Origin: Syntrophomonadaceae bacterium
GTDB lineage: Bacteria > Bacillota > Syntrophomonadia > Syntrophomonadales > Syntrophomonadaceae
NCBI GenBank assembly: GCA_050943315.1
Contig: JBMNOY010000001.1
Location: 37,204 to 101,203 of the forward strand
DNA: 64,000 bases
Reading direction: 5' to 3'
The notes beneath the pieces were generated by a model, which ran no database searches, was not told the origin of the DNA, and saw only the letters and a program-made list of their open reading frames with translations. Positions 47,306-57,262 of the stretch are shown here, piece after piece (position 1 is the stretch's first letter; every line of letters begins with the position of its first letter). Position numbers and translations under genes: made by a program.

Positions 47306-48661
47306 ATGAAGAAGGCTGTTGGTTATCTATTAATTGCAGTAATGTTGCTTTTACCGGCGGGAATGGCCAGTGCCCAGAACGCAGTTTTTATTGATACCGA
47401 AGGACAATGGGCCCAAAAGGATATTGAAGCTGCCTATACCCAGGGGTTGATGCAGGGAACCGGTATAAATGAGTCTGGCTCTAGAGTATTTTCTCCCGAA
47501 GAAAACGTGGATCGCTTTCAGCTAGCAGCAATTTTGCAACGGGCTTTTGATTTAGATTACGGGAACATGCGGTTTGTTAAGCAGCCAGCTGCCAGTGACT
47601 ATTATTATGATTTGGATGAACAAGCCTGGTATAGTGAAGCAGTAGCCCTGGGGGCAATTAATCATATCTTTGCCTGGCAGGACGAGTTCAAGGGGGAAGA
47701 AGCGGTCAGCCGGATTGAGGTTGCCAGGAGTATTTACCGGGCTTTTCAGGCCAAAGGCATTAATGTACCCATGATTATGCTCATGCCAATGTATAATGAT
47801 ACGGCAAAGCTATCCCAGGAAGATGTTAATGCCATGGTATTTGTAAGCAATACCGGCATTATGAAGGGAAATGATAATTTATTCTGGCCTTATGATCCCA
47901 TTAAGCGGGCTGAACTGGCTCGGGTTTTTAATCAATGTGCCGAGCTTATTAAAATGAATCCCGTGGAGGTTAACCCTGCTAATTCGGTCAAATTGGACAT
48001 TAAAGAAGTAAAAAGTGAATCCCCGCTGATAAACATAGATCTGAATATTCCTGTGATTAGCGGTCTAGGGAATGAACAAATACAAACCAAATTGAATCAA
48101 CTGTTGGCTAATGAAGCCGCAGAGCGTGAGGAGGCTATGCAGAAACAAGCGCAAGCTGATTCTGATTTTATAATGACCGAACCTTACCACACCTATGAAC
48201 TGGTAAGCCGGTTCAATCAATACTATGTGAGCGGCCATATATTAAGTTTTTATGTGGACTATTATACCTTCACCGGTGGTGCCCATGGTATGACCGAGCG
48301 GAAAGCCCATACGTTTGATCTGAACACGGGGGAGGAACTGGAATTAAATGATTTGTTCTCTCCTGACTTTAATTATACTGAAATGATTAATGAAAGGGTG
48401 CAGGATGCGATTAACCAAAACCCGGACATATATTTTGAAGGAGAAAACGGTTTTCAGGGCATAAATGAGGATCAAGGTTTTTACCTGGAGAACGGCAGCC
48501 TAATAGTTTATTTTTTACAATATGAGATTGCCCCTTATGCAGCTGGTATAAGGACATTTTCCATTCCCCTCCAGTTTAAACACCAGAATCAGGATAACGA
48601 GAATCAGACAGCAGTAATAAGACAGGGTCCAGGATCTCAGTACAGTTATAGCGCAGAATAA
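47306..48661 (+). CDS. SLH-domain protein with a C-terminal DUF4163/DUF3298 (RsiV/PdaC-like) module
   Basis: A signal peptide is present, with SLH-like repeats (FIDTEGQWAQKDIEAA, YNDTAKLSQEDVNAM). The C-terminus has YTFTGGAHGM and YFLQYEIAPYAAGIRTFSIP, which are characteristic of DUF3298. Confidence 0.7.
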   Translation: MKKAVGYLLIAVMLLLPAGMASAQNAVFIDTEGQWAQKDIEAAYTQGLMQGTGINESGSRVFSPEENVDRFQLAAILQRAFDLDYGNMRFVKQPAASDYYYDLDEQAWYSEAVALGAINHIFAWQDEFKGEEAVSRIEVARSIYRAFQAKGINVPMIMLMPMYNDTAKLSQEDVNAMVFVSNTGIMKGNDNLFWPYDPIKRAELARVFNQCAELIKMNPVEVNPANSVKLDIKEVKSESPLINIDLNIPVISGLGNEQIQTKLNQLLANEAAEREEAMQKQAQADSDFIMTEPYHTYELVSRFNQYYVSGHILSFYVDYYTFTGGAHGMTERKAHTFDLNTGEELELNDLFSPDFNYTEMINERVQDAINQNPDIYFEGENGFQGINEDQGFYLENGSLIVYFLQYEIAPYAAGIRTFSIPLQFKHQNQDNENQTAVIRQGPGSQYSYSAE

Positions 48662-48822
48662 CCTAGACAACAGAATTTTGACGGTTCTCTGCGTACTCAT
48701 TATGGACTGCGCACCAAGTTCGCACTTTTAACATAAATAATTATTGGAACCATTTATAGTTGTTTCTGGCTACGACAACAGATATGTGGATCCGAATCTT
48801 GTAGAAAGCGGTGGTGCGTACA

Positions 48823-50499
48823 ATGACTGATATCCTGTGGCAGTGGCGAAACCCTTTACCCCAGGGGAATACACTGCGCGCAGTAATTTATGCTCAGGGC
48901 AAGTATGTGGCTGTGGGGGAATCCGGCACCATTATGACTTCCGGTAATGGCACTGAGTGGCAGGTAGTGGCCAGTGGCACCAGTAATTACCTCTCCGGAA
49001 TCACCTATGGAAACGGGGTTTTCGTAGCAGTAGGTATGGAAGGAACTATTCTGACCTCCACAGATGGGGAAAACTGGACCGCCCGGGAATCCGGCACCTC
49101 GTCCTGGCTGGATGATGTGACATTCGGAAACGGTCTGTTCGCAGCCGTTGGTCAGCTGGGAACCATTGTCACCTCTAGGGATGGGAGTAACTGGAGCAGT
49201 ACGAATGTGGCAGCTTTCTGGCTGGATGGGGTAGCTTTTGGTAACGGTATGTTTGTAGCGGTTGGCACCGGGGGTTCGATATTCACTTCATCTAATGGAG
49301 CTAACTGGCTAGCAAGGAGTTCTTTAACCAATTTCCCCTTAACCAGTATCGTTTATGGACCGGACCAGTTTGTGGCCGTAGGCGGGGGCGGGACAGTTTT
49401 AATTTCTCCGGATGGCGAAGTTTGGAGTAGTATTAATTCTAACAGCACGGCCTTTTTGGAAGATGTCACCTATGGCAATGGTCTTTATGTCGCAGTGGGG
49501 CGTGATTTGGAACTGAACACGGGTACTGTACTGACTTCAGCGGATGGCCGGGAATGGGAGGCGATATTATCAGATGATTATCGCCTTTTATTAAGCGTTA
49601 CTGCAGGTGCAAATCTTTTTATAGCTGTTGGGCTAGGGGGGGTTATTCTGAGTTCCCCTGACGCTCTAATCTGGACCATGCAAAGTTCAGGAGTATATGA
49701 GGAACTGCACGACATTACAGTCGGGTCAAATATCCTGGTAACTGTAGGAGCCAACGGAACAGTCCTAACTTCCCCAGACGGGACTAATTGGGTATCAAGG
49801 GAAAGCGGAACTAACCGTAATCTATGGGGTATTAACTATACAGACCAGGTATTTATAGCGGTGGGAGATAATGGCACCATACTCCGATCTTCAAATGGGG
49901 TTAACTGGGTTACGGAGACAGTTTCTATCAATAACCGTCTCCGGGCAGTTGCTTTTGGTAACGGTATTTTTGTAGCGGTTGGAGAAAAGGGAATAGCTTT
50001 AACTTCTAATGACGGCCGCAATTGGCAGGTACGAGCAACGGGAACCTCTGTCAGTCTGAACGGAATTGCATTTGGAATGGGACGTTTTGTAGCGGTTGGT
50101 GACAATCGCACTATTCTTACTTCCGCCAATGGAGAGGATTGGCAGCAGGTAGAGACGATGACCGGCTCTGAATCTCTGCAAGCAGTAAGTTATGGCCAGG
50201 GTGTGTATGTGGCTGCAGGTTATGAGGGATTGGTTCTGACTTCGACCGATGCCCAAACCTGGACAGAGCAGAGAATTGGAGAGGAGCCGCCATATTGGTT
50301 GGATGCAGAGTTCTGTCAGGACCGTTTTGTGTTAGCCGGGACTCCGGGAAAAGTGGCATTCTCCAGTAACGGCCGACAATGGGAAGTCCAGGATACCCCA
50401 ACCGGCCATTTCCTCTACGGAATAAGCTGTTCGTCACAGGGAGCTGTGGTGGTAGGAGACCTGGGTACAATCCTTCAGGCCAGTTTAACCTCGTTATAG
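48823..50499 (+). CDS. Beta-propeller-type repeat protein with 13 full and 1 partial repeats of about 42 aa; no signal peptide
   Basis: The recurring unit is GNGxFVAVGxxGTILTSxDGxNWxxxxSGTSxxLxxIxF. The SxDGxxW core resembles BNR/Asp-box or Ycf48-type blades. Confidence 0.7.
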   Translation: MTDILWQWRNPLPQGNTLRAVIYAQGKYVAVGESGTIMTSGNGTEWQVVASGTSNYLSGITYGNGVFVAVGMEGTILTSTDGENWTARESGTSSWLDDVTFGNGLFAAVGQLGTIVTSRDGSNWSSTNVAAFWLDGVAFGNGMFVAVGTGGSIFTSSNGANWLARSSLTNFPLTSIVYGPDQFVAVGGGGTVLISPDGEVWSSINSNSTAFLEDVTYGNGLYVAVGRDLELNTGTVLTSADGREWEAILSDDYRLLLSVTAGANLFIAVGLGGVILSSPDALIWTMQSSGVYEELHDITVGSNILVTVGANGTVLTSPDGTNWVSRESGTNRNLWGINYTDQVFIAVGDNGTILRSSNGVNWVTETVSINNRLRAVAFGNGIFVAVGEKGIALTSNDGRNWQVRATGTSVSLNGIAFGMGRFVAVGDNRTILTSANGEDWQQVETMTGSESLQAVSYGQGVYVAAGYEGLVLTSTDAQTWTEQRIGEEPPYWLDAEFCQDRFVLAGTPGKVAFSSNGRQWEVQDTPTGHFLYGISCSSQGAVVVGDLGTILQASLTSL

Positions 50500-50605
50500 C
50501 TTTGTTTTATTAACTTTGCATAATACTATTACGAATAGAAGGTAGCTTCCTATCGCGGAAGACAATTACGGGTTAAAAGGTAATAAATAAACCTGGTTAA
50601 TATAT

Positions 50606-50630
50606 GATCGCTCTAGCGGTCTCTTTTTTT
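50606..50630 (+). terminator. Rho-independent terminator candidate
   Basis: The hairpin is gatcgc-tcta-gcggtc (6 bp, one G-U pair). It is followed by tcttttttt. Confidence 0.5.
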
Positions 50631-50996
50631 ACCTGGCCGTAGGCTTAATAAGAAATACAAAGAAAAAATTGTATTTTACACCAGAAAGTGTATCTTATAA
50701 GAGTAAGGGGAATCAGGTTGATTACTAGTCAGGAAAACAGCGACACTATATCGGAATAAACTGTCAGCAGACTATTACGCATGATACTTTTGGCGATAAA
50801 AACTAATGCGGCGCCGGTTCGGGAACAGCTATTGGTGCTGACACAGAGCCGGGTTTGTTAAAACTGGAGCCAAATACGTGTCAACCAGCTGCATTTTTTC
50901 ACCAGGGGTTTTCCAGGGGACTATAATGATTTTATACCGATAATCTGCTATAATCTTCACAGCTATTAGGTGCTAATCTGAAATAGGGGAAGCATA

Positions 50997-51734
50997 ATGA
51001 GTAATAAGTCCCGGAAGAAATTTAGTATTTCTATACTAGTACTCACCCTTCTTGTGGCTGTATATCTTTTCGTACACAGTTCTTTTTTTAATATCGAAAA
51101 AGTATTTATAACCGGCTTGGAAACGGTGTCCACCAGCGAAATATTAGCACTGGCCGGGATCAAAGTCGGCACTAATATTTTTGCGGTTAATGAGGAAGTC
51201 TGCACCCGATCGGTACAGATTCACCCCATGGTTAAAAAGGCTACCGTAATCAGACACTTGCCCCGGAAAATAGAAATTAAGGTTACGGAACGGAAGATGT
51301 GGGCGGTTATACCCTATAACCAATCCTTTTTATGTATTGATGATGCCGGTATCTGCATGGATAAGGCAAACAATGTTAATATGGAGAATTACCCGATTAT
51401 CACTCTGGCAACACCTCCCCAGCATGTTATAGTGGGACAGGCTGTAGCGCAGGCACCTACCCGAATGATTAGACAGGTTTGGAATCTTCTGTCGTCTTCA
51501 GCCCGGCAACAAATTTCAGAATTTCATTATATTAATCCCCAACAGGGTTTAGTATTGTTTACCGTTAAGGGTACGGAAATTAAGTTTGGAGGCCTGGACA
51601 GAGCCAAAGAAAAGGCTGAGCTTATCGACCAAATCCTGACTATGGAGCAGGATTTTCCCACTAAATACAAAACGGTTTTGCAATATGTTGATTTAAGATA
51701 CGATGGCCAACCGGTAATTAAAACCAAAAACTAG
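50997..51734 (+). CDS. ftsQ: Cell division protein FtsQ/DivIB
   Basis: It has an N-terminal TM helix and a POTRA-like segment (IEKVFITGLETVSTSEILALAGIKVGTNIF). It lies upstream of ftsA-ftsZ. Confidence 0.85.
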   Translation: MSNKSRKKFSISILVLTLLVAVYLFVHSSFFNIEKVFITGLETVSTSEILALAGIKVGTNIFAVNEEVCTRSVQIHPMVKKATVIRHLPRKIEIKVTERKMWAVIPYNQSFLCIDDAGICMDKANNVNMENYPIITLATPPQHVIVGQAVAQAPTRMIRQVWNLLSSSARQQISEFHYINPQQGLVLFTVKGTEIKFGGLDRAKEKAELIDQILTMEQDFPTKYKTVLQYVDLRYDGQPVIKTKN

Positions 51735-51745
51735 AAGGTGATAAT

Positions 51746-52468
51746 ATGAGGAGTAAAAGTGCACAAGTTTCTATAGCAGTAGTATGCTTGGTCCTCGGTA
51801 TTATGTTGGCCGTTCAATATCGGGCTTCACAGGATTATGCAGGAGGTTACAGGACCGGTCGGGACCGTGACTTAGCTATTACTCTAAGTAAGATAACCGA
51901 GGAAAGGGATTCACTGGCCCGGGAGGTAGTTGAGCTACGGGAAAAATTAAATAATGTCAGGAAAGATGACAAGGCTATGGCAGATTTACAAGAAGAACTG
52001 CAGAAGGCTAATATGGCGGCTGCACTTGTTCCGGTAACCGGACCGGGTATCATTGTTACCCTCAATGACAGCGCGCGCAATCTACAGCCTGGCGAGGACC
52101 CTAACGACCTCCTGGTTCATGATGAAGATATATTAAAAGTGACTAATGAACTAAAAGCCTCAGGGGCCGAAGCCATTTCCGTCAATGATGAACGCCTGGT
52201 AGCCACGTCGGAAATCAGATGCGCCGGGACTACCATTTTAATTAATTCCACCAAAATAGCCCCGCCTTTTGTTATTAAAGCTATCGGAGACCCGGACATA
52301 CTGCAGAGCGGAATACTAATAAAGGGCGGCTATGTAGAACAGTATTTGAAGTTTTATGGTATTCAAGTACAAGTGCAAAAATCCAAAAAGGTAAAGATAC
52401 CCGCATATAGCGGCATTATGAAATATGTCTACAGTGTTCCCGTAGAATACGAGGAGAAGGCGGAGTAA
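51746..52468 (+). CDS. DUF881 (YlxW/YlxX-like) division-cluster protein
   Basis: It has a TM helix, a coiled-coil and a conserved C-terminal domain (GPGIIVTLND ... LVHDEDILKVTNELKASGAEAISVN). Its position matches B. subtilis ylxW/ylxX. Confidence 0.8.
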   Translation: MRSKSAQVSIAVVCLVLGIMLAVQYRASQDYAGGYRTGRDRDLAITLSKITEERDSLAREVVELREKLNNVRKDDKAMADLQEELQKANMAAALVPVTGPGIIVTLNDSARNLQPGEDPNDLLVHDEDILKVTNELKASGAEAISVNDERLVATSEIRCAGTTILINSTKIAPPFVIKAIGDPDILQSGILIKGGYVEQYLKFYGIQVQVQKSKKVKIPAYSGIMKYVYSVPVEYEEKAE

Positions 52469-52469
52469 T

Positions 52470-52805
52470 ATGTGGTTACTAACACTTTTCTGTCTGATGC
52501 TAGGTTTACTGATCGGTTTTAAACTACCCCTGTTACTACCGGTAGTTTATGCCAACTACATGTCTATAGCAGTTATAGCTGCACTCGATTCGGTATTTGG
52601 AGGCATTCGTGCCTATATGGAAGATAGCTTTGATAATACGATATTTGTCAGCGGGTTTATATTTAATACTCTTTTGGCGGCAGGACTGGCATATTTGGGT
52701 GATAGTCTGGGGGTAGAATTATACCTGGCTGCAGTAGTGGTTTTTGGGGTGCGACTATTCCAGAATCTAGCCATTATTCGTCGGTATTTAATGAAAAAAT
52801 ATTGA
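52470..52805 (+). CDS. sbp: Small basic protein Sbp (DUF1290)
   Basis: The 111-aa product closely parallels B. subtilis Sbp as I recall it (NYMSIAVIAALDSVFGGIRA ... VFVSGFIFN ... FGVRLFQNLAIIRR). Confidence 0.85.
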   Translation: MWLLTLFCLMLGLLIGFKLPLLLPVVYANYMSIAVIAALDSVFGGIRAYMEDSFDNTIFVSGFIFNTLLAAGLAYLGDSLGVELYLAAVVVFGVRLFQNLAIIRRYLMKKY

Positions 52806-52887
52806 TAAATGTTCTTGAACAAAAGAGGGAATACCAACCTGTTTGTGGTAATTAAAGTTAGGATATTTCTATAAGGGGTGCTTAGAT

Positions 52888-54117
52888 ATTAGAAGACGAA
52901 ATATAGTAGTCAGTATAGATGTCGGTACCAGTGCTGTCAAGGCCGCCTCGGGCGAGATGGTGAATGGTCAGGATGTCAGCGTTTTAGGAATAGCTCAAGT
53001 ACCATCAACAGGTCTTAGGAAAGGCAATATAATTGACATAGAAAATACTGCCAGGGCTATTGATTATTGCCTTAATGACCTGGAAAGAATGACAGGAATA
53101 GAGATAACCAGTGCTTTGGTAGGCTTTTCTGGTACCAGTGTATATGCCCTTACTAATCACGCTGTGGTGGCTGTAGGTAGTCCTAATTATGAGATAACTC
53201 AGGAAGATAAAGAGCGGGTTTTAAAATCTGCCCAAAACATCGCTTTGCCACCTGATAAAACCATTGTTCAAACTATAGCCAGGCAATATATAGTTGACGG
53301 TTATGACGGGGTAAAAGACCCGGTAGGTATGGTGGGCAGCCGCTTGGAAGCTGAGGTAGTTATAATAATCGCTGCTGCCGCAGGATTACAAAATTTGCAG
53401 CGTAGTGCCAACCGCGCCAATCTGCAAATCGAGCGAATGGTGTATAATCCTCTATTGGCATCAGAATCAATTATACTGCCAGCTGAGAAGGAAATCGGTG
53501 TGGCACTAATTGACATTGGTGGCGGGACTACCGATATAGCTGTTTTTGAAGGAGGCTGTCTCCTGTTTACTTCTGTCCTGCCGGTAGGCGGTGACTATAT
53601 TAGTAAAGACCTGGCGGTAGTTCTTCGTACTTCAGTAGAAGAAGCCACACGGGTTAAAGAATCCTATGGCGTGGCTGCACCGGACATGTTGGCTGATGAG
53701 GCGGATATTGAGATACAAGGTATTCAGGGCCAAGATAAGAAAACCGTGTCTTTACATATGGTTGCTGACATTATCAACGCCCGGGTTATAGAATTAGTTG
53801 AGATGATAAAGGTTGAGTTTGAGGAATCGGGATTTGCCGATCGGATACCGGCAGGAATAATCCTTACCGGGGGAGGGGCTCAACTACCAGGACTGCTGGA
53901 AATTGTGGAAGAATATATGAATGTACCTGTGAGACTGGGTGTGGCGGAGAACCTCAAAACAGTAGCTGCCAACATTAATAAGCCGCAAAATGTCGTAGCA
54001 CTGGGAGGATTAATACATTCTGCGCGAGATTATAAGGTTGAAGAATACCAACAGAATCAAAGCCTAGAAAATATATTTAGTAGATTATCGTTTTGGCTTA
54101 AGGATTTATTTCGATAA
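52888..54117 (+). CDS. ftsA: Cell division protein FtsA, with an inferred non-canonical ATT start
   Basis: The actin-fold phosphate-1 motif [13 protein letters not shown] is encoded at 52906-52944, upstream of the first ATG at 52957. The frame is open from 52852 and has no ATG, GTG or TTG before 52957. AAGGGGTG (52873-52880) lies 7 nt before ATT-52888. Confidence 0.9.
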   Translation: MRRRNIVVSIDVGTSAVKAASGEMVNGQDVSVLGIAQVPSTGLRKGNIIDIENTARAIDYCLNDLERMTGIEITSALVGFSGTSVYALTNHAVVAVGSPNYEITQEDKERVLKSAQNIALPPDKTIVQTIARQYIVDGYDGVKDPVGMVGSRLEAEVVIIIAAAAGLQNLQRSANRANLQIERMVYNPLLASESIILPAEKEIGVALIDIGGGTTDIAVFEGGCLLFTSVLPVGGDYISKDLAVVLRTSVEEATRVKESYGVAAPDMLADEADIEIQGIQGQDKKTVSLHMVADIINARVIELVEMIKVEFEESGFADRIPAGIILTGGGAQLPGLLEIVEEYMNVPVRLGVAENLKTVAANINKPQNVVALGGLIHSARDYKVEEYQQNQSLENIFSRLSFWLKDLFR

Positions 54118-54137
54118 AGGCAGAGGAGGGTTTTGAA

Positions 54138-55208
54138 TTGCCATTAGATTTTGACGTTGAAATGCAACAATTCGCAGATATCAAGGTAATAGGTGTTGGT
54201 GGCGGGGGCAATAATGCGATTAACCGGATGATAGAGGCAGGGCTTAAAGGAGTAGAATTTATTGCTGTAAACACTGACGCACAGGCGTTATACTTGTCAA
54301 AAGCGGAGAAGAAGATTCAGGTTGGGGAAAAGCTTACCAAAGGACTGGGTGCAGGTGCTGATCCGGAAATAGGTATGAAGGCTGCCGAAGAGACAGCAGA
54401 TGATATCAAAAGAGCTTTACAGGGGGCCGATATGGTCTTTGTAACGGCCGGTATGGGCGGAGGTACAGGCACTGGCGGGGCACCTATAATTGCCCGGATT
54501 GCCAAAGAGATTGGCGCTTTAACGGTGGGCGTTGTTACCCGGCCTTTCACTTTCGAGGGCCGCAAAAGGAATCTTCAGGCCGACCGGGGTATACAAGCAC
54601 TTCGTGATGCAGTTGACAGCCTTATTACTATTCCCAATGATCGTCTATTACAAGTGGTAGACAAAAATACGGCATTTAATGATGCCTTTAGAATTGCGGA
54701 TGATATTTTGCGTCAAGGCGTACAAGGGATATCAGACCTGATAGCTGTACCCGGGGTTATTAACTGTGATTTTGCTGATGTGCAGACAGTAATGCAGAAT
54801 ACCGGATCAGCGTTAATGGGAATAGGCAAGGCAAGCGGTGAAAAACGTGCAGCGGAGGCAGCCCGGGCAGCTATTTCCAGTCCTCTGCTGGAAACCTCTA
54901 TCGAAGGTGCCAAGGGTGTACTGTTTAATATCAGCGGCGGCACCGATCTGACCTTGTTTGAAATAAATGAAGCGGCGGAAATTATTCACCAGGCGGCAGA
55001 TATTGAAGCTAACATTATTTTTGGTGCGAATATAGATGAAAAGCTGGAAGACGAGGTAAGAGTCACGGTTATTGCTACTGGGTTTAGTACACCCAAAATA
55101 CAAGCACCGGAAACTCCAACTACCAGAATAAAAGGTATGGAACCACCTTCAAGTTTTCTGGACAAAACCGATCTGGAGATACCGCCTTTCCTGAGACGGA
55201 GATCATAA
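54138..55208 (+). CDS. ftsZ: Cell division GTPase FtsZ
   Basis: It carries [13 protein letters not shown] and the tubulin signature [12 protein letters not shown]. The start is TTG after GAGGAGGG. Confidence 0.97.
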   Translation: MPLDFDVEMQQFADIKVIGVGGGGNNAINRMIEAGLKGVEFIAVNTDAQALYLSKAEKKIQVGEKLTKGLGAGADPEIGMKAAEETADDIKRALQGADMVFVTAGMGGGTGTGGAPIIARIAKEIGALTVGVVTRPFTFEGRKRNLQADRGIQALRDAVDSLITIPNDRLLQVVDKNTAFNDAFRIADDILRQGVQGISDLIAVPGVINCDFADVQTVMQNTGSALMGIGKASGEKRAAEAARAAISSPLLETSIEGAKGVLFNISGGTDLTLFEINEAAEIIHQAADIEANIIFGANIDEKLEDEVRVTVIATGFSTPKIQAPETPTTRIKGMEPPSSFLDKTDLEIPPFLRRRS

Positions 55209-55225
55209 TTTTACCTTAGATCTTT

Positions 55226-55256
55226 ACCGGGGATGTCTTACATTCCCGGTTTTTTG
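55226..55256 (+). terminator. Rho-independent terminator after ftsZ
   Basis: The stem joins accgggga (55226-55233) and ttcccggt (55243-55250). A T-run follows. Confidence 0.7.
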
Positions 55257-55485
55257 TGTTTTCTGGGAGAAGTTGTTTGGGCGGGAATACCTTGAAACTA
55301 CAATATATTGACCAATTGACTGTTATAATTTGTAAAACATTCCTTAATAAAACTGTCATACTAATTAGAAAGTGCTACTATAATGCACCAATCATCCTTT
55401 GAACAATTTAATCTGCCTTACTACTAAACAGGAACTTGCCCAGCATATGAGTAATCCTATTTCTATGCAAAGCAGGGTGGTTGCA

Positions 55486-56364
55486 ATGAGTGAGCCCAGG
55501 GTCTATGCCGACCTTACATTTATCGTCAATGTAATTATGGATTTTTCTATTCTGTGGGCTACAGGCAAACTTGCCGGGATCAAACTTAAGTATTACCGAA
55601 TTTTTTTGGCATCAATTATAGGGGGCGGTTATGCTGTCGGCTACTTGTTTGTGCAATTGGCATGGTTGTATAGCTTTCCCTTAAAAATCTTATTCTCCTG
55701 CCTTTTGCTGATGTTTAGCTTCTGGCCCATAAAATGGGAGCAAATTAAAGCCAGTTTTCTTTATTTCTATGGAATAAGTTTCGCAGTAGCAGGAGCTACC
55801 GTTGGTAGCTCCTACCTCTTTAATAACCACAGTTCAGTGACCTTCTCGTCCTTATATCTTTTAGGTGGTATATTTTGTGCACTATTTATAGGGCTTCAGG
55901 GTGAAAAGTATCTAAAAGAGCAAATTATTCCGGGGTTATTAAAACATAAAGTAAAGCTATGTTTTGGCAACATTACCTGCTATGGTGAAGGCTTTTTGGA
56001 CACAGGTAACGGGCTGCACGACCCATTAACTAACCGACCGGTGCTTATTGCTGAATATAAATGGCTGAAAAAGTTTCTGCCGGATGATGTTAAAGCTGTA
56101 CTGGAGACCGTCAATAATGAGGCACAGATGTTAGATGCCTTGGCTTCAACAAGTTGGGCCCACAGGTTGCGGTTAATTCCTTTTACTTCGATTGGCCGTA
56201 AAAACGGTTTATTGGTAGGTGTACGCGCCGATAAAATTGAGATTGATGCCGGAAGAAGCAATTTTACCCATAAGAATATAGTTGTTGGTATTTACCGGGA
56301 TAATCTGACTACGAACGGTGATTATCAATTACTTATACCTTCAGGTGTTTTAAAAAAGGGTTAG
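55486..56364 (+). CDS. spoIIGA: Sigma-E processing peptidase SpoIIGA
   Basis: It has a polytopic N-terminal half and the aspartic protease motif FLDTGNGLHDPLT. It lies directly upstream of sigE. I prefer ATG-55486, which follows AGGGTGG. Confidence 0.85.
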   Translation: MSEPRVYADLTFIVNVIMDFSILWATGKLAGIKLKYYRIFLASIIGGGYAVGYLFVQLAWLYSFPLKILFSCLLLMFSFWPIKWEQIKASFLYFYGISFAVAGATVGSSYLFNNHSSVTFSSLYLLGGIFCALFIGLQGEKYLKEQIIPGLLKHKVKLCFGNITCYGEGFLDTGNGLHDPLTNRPVLIAEYKWLKKFLPDDVKAVLETVNNEAQMLDALASTSWAHRLRLIPFTSIGRKNGLLVGVRADKIEIDAGRSNFTHKNIVVGIYRDNLTTNGDYQLLIPSGVLKKG

Positions 56365-56376
56365 GGGGAAGCAGAT

Positions 56377-57108
56377 GTGTGGTTTTCTAAGCTTGCAGAG
56401 TTGTTAAGGGAGTGGAAAATAAAACTCATAAAAATTTACATCAAAAAGAAACTGCCTCAGTATATTCACTATATTGGCTCGACTGAGGTCCTTCCTCCAC
56501 CTTTGCAGGAAAAGGAGGAAATGGCTTTAATAGCAAAGCTTGAACATGGGCATACAGAGGTCAAAAGTACTCTTATTGAACATAACTTGCGACTAGTGGT
56601 ATACATAGCTAAGAAATTCGAGAATACCGGAATAAATATTGAAGATTTAGTTTCTATCGGTACCATCGGGTTAATTAAAGCAGTAAATACCTTTGAACCG
56701 AAAAAGAACATTAAATTGGCGACTTATGCTTCACGTTGCATTGAGAACGAGATTTTGATGTATTTACGCAGAAACCTAAAAAACCGGTTTGAAGTCTCCC
56801 TGGATGAACCATTAAACGTTGACTGGGACGGTAATGAGCTGTTATTATCGGATGTCCTGGGAACAGAAGGAGATATGATTTATAAGGTTATTGAGGGAGA
56901 AGTAGAGAAAACTCTCCTCTGGCAGGCTATGCATAAACTTAATAACCGCGAAAAAATCATAATACAATTGCGGTTTGGCCTCAAAGACGGCAATGAGAAA
57001 ACCCAGAAGGAGGTTGCCGATATTCTGGGAATCTCCCAATCGTATATTTCACGCCTGGAAAAGCGTATTCTAAAACGCTTGCAGAGGGAGATAAAAAAAA
57101 TTGAATAA
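56377..57108 (+). CDS. sigE: Sporulation sigma factor SigE (pro-sigma-E)
   Basis: A pro-sequence is followed by [12 protein letters not shown]. Sigma-70 regions 2 and 4 are present ([36 protein letters not shown]). Confidence 0.95.
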   Translation: MWFSKLAELLREWKIKLIKIYIKKKLPQYIHYIGSTEVLPPPLQEKEEMALIAKLEHGHTEVKSTLIEHNLRLVVYIAKKFENTGINIEDLVSIGTIGLIKAVNTFEPKKNIKLATYASRCIENEILMYLRRNLKNRFEVSLDEPLNVDWDGNELLLSDVLGTEGDMIYKVIEGEVEKTLLWQAMHKLNNREKIIIQLRFGLKDGNEKTQKEVADILGISQSYISRLEKRILKRLQREIKKIE

Positions 57109-57125
57109 CCAATTCATTTTACTTT

Positions 57126-57150
57126 AAAGCCTTGGCCAAGGCTTTTTTTT
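57126..57150 (+). terminator. Rho-independent terminator after sigE
   Basis: The palindrome aaagccttggccaaggcttt is followed by a T8 run. Confidence 0.7.
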
Positions 57151-57262
57151 GCTCCCTTTTTATAAGAATAATCTGGTTGTGATAAGAGAATAATTCTAAA
57201 TGAACAGCTATTGTAAACACACCCAGAAGGAATTATTATTCCAACGTGGAAGAGGTGAGTGC

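Noticed and set aside
48823-50499. Periodic ~126-nt DNA repeats that might have been a tandem-repeat or CRISPR-like array.
   Set aside because: The periodicity is fully explained by one continuous ORF encoding ~42-aa protein repeats. The units are diverged, and there is no spacer/repeat alternation.
50640-50996. A possible degraded murB or ddl remnant in the ~500-nt leader before ftsQ.
   Set aside because: Translating both strands by eye gave only short frames with no MurB- or Ddl-like motifs.
55209-55485. The spoIIGA promoter and Spo0A boxes.
   Set aside because: Two TATAAT hexamers lie at 55324 and 55379. Neither has a properly spaced -35 element, and there is no exact 0A box (TGTCGAA/TTCGACA), only TGTCATA. 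The evidence is too weak to call.
57180-57262. A sigma-F/sigma-G-type promoter upstream of sigG, and the ATG-57200 extension.
   Set aside because: GAATA...CAGCTAT only loosely resembles the GhATR-N17/18-CATnnTA consensus. The N-terminal extension has no counterpart in SigG as I recall it, whereas TTG-57263 has a proper RBS.
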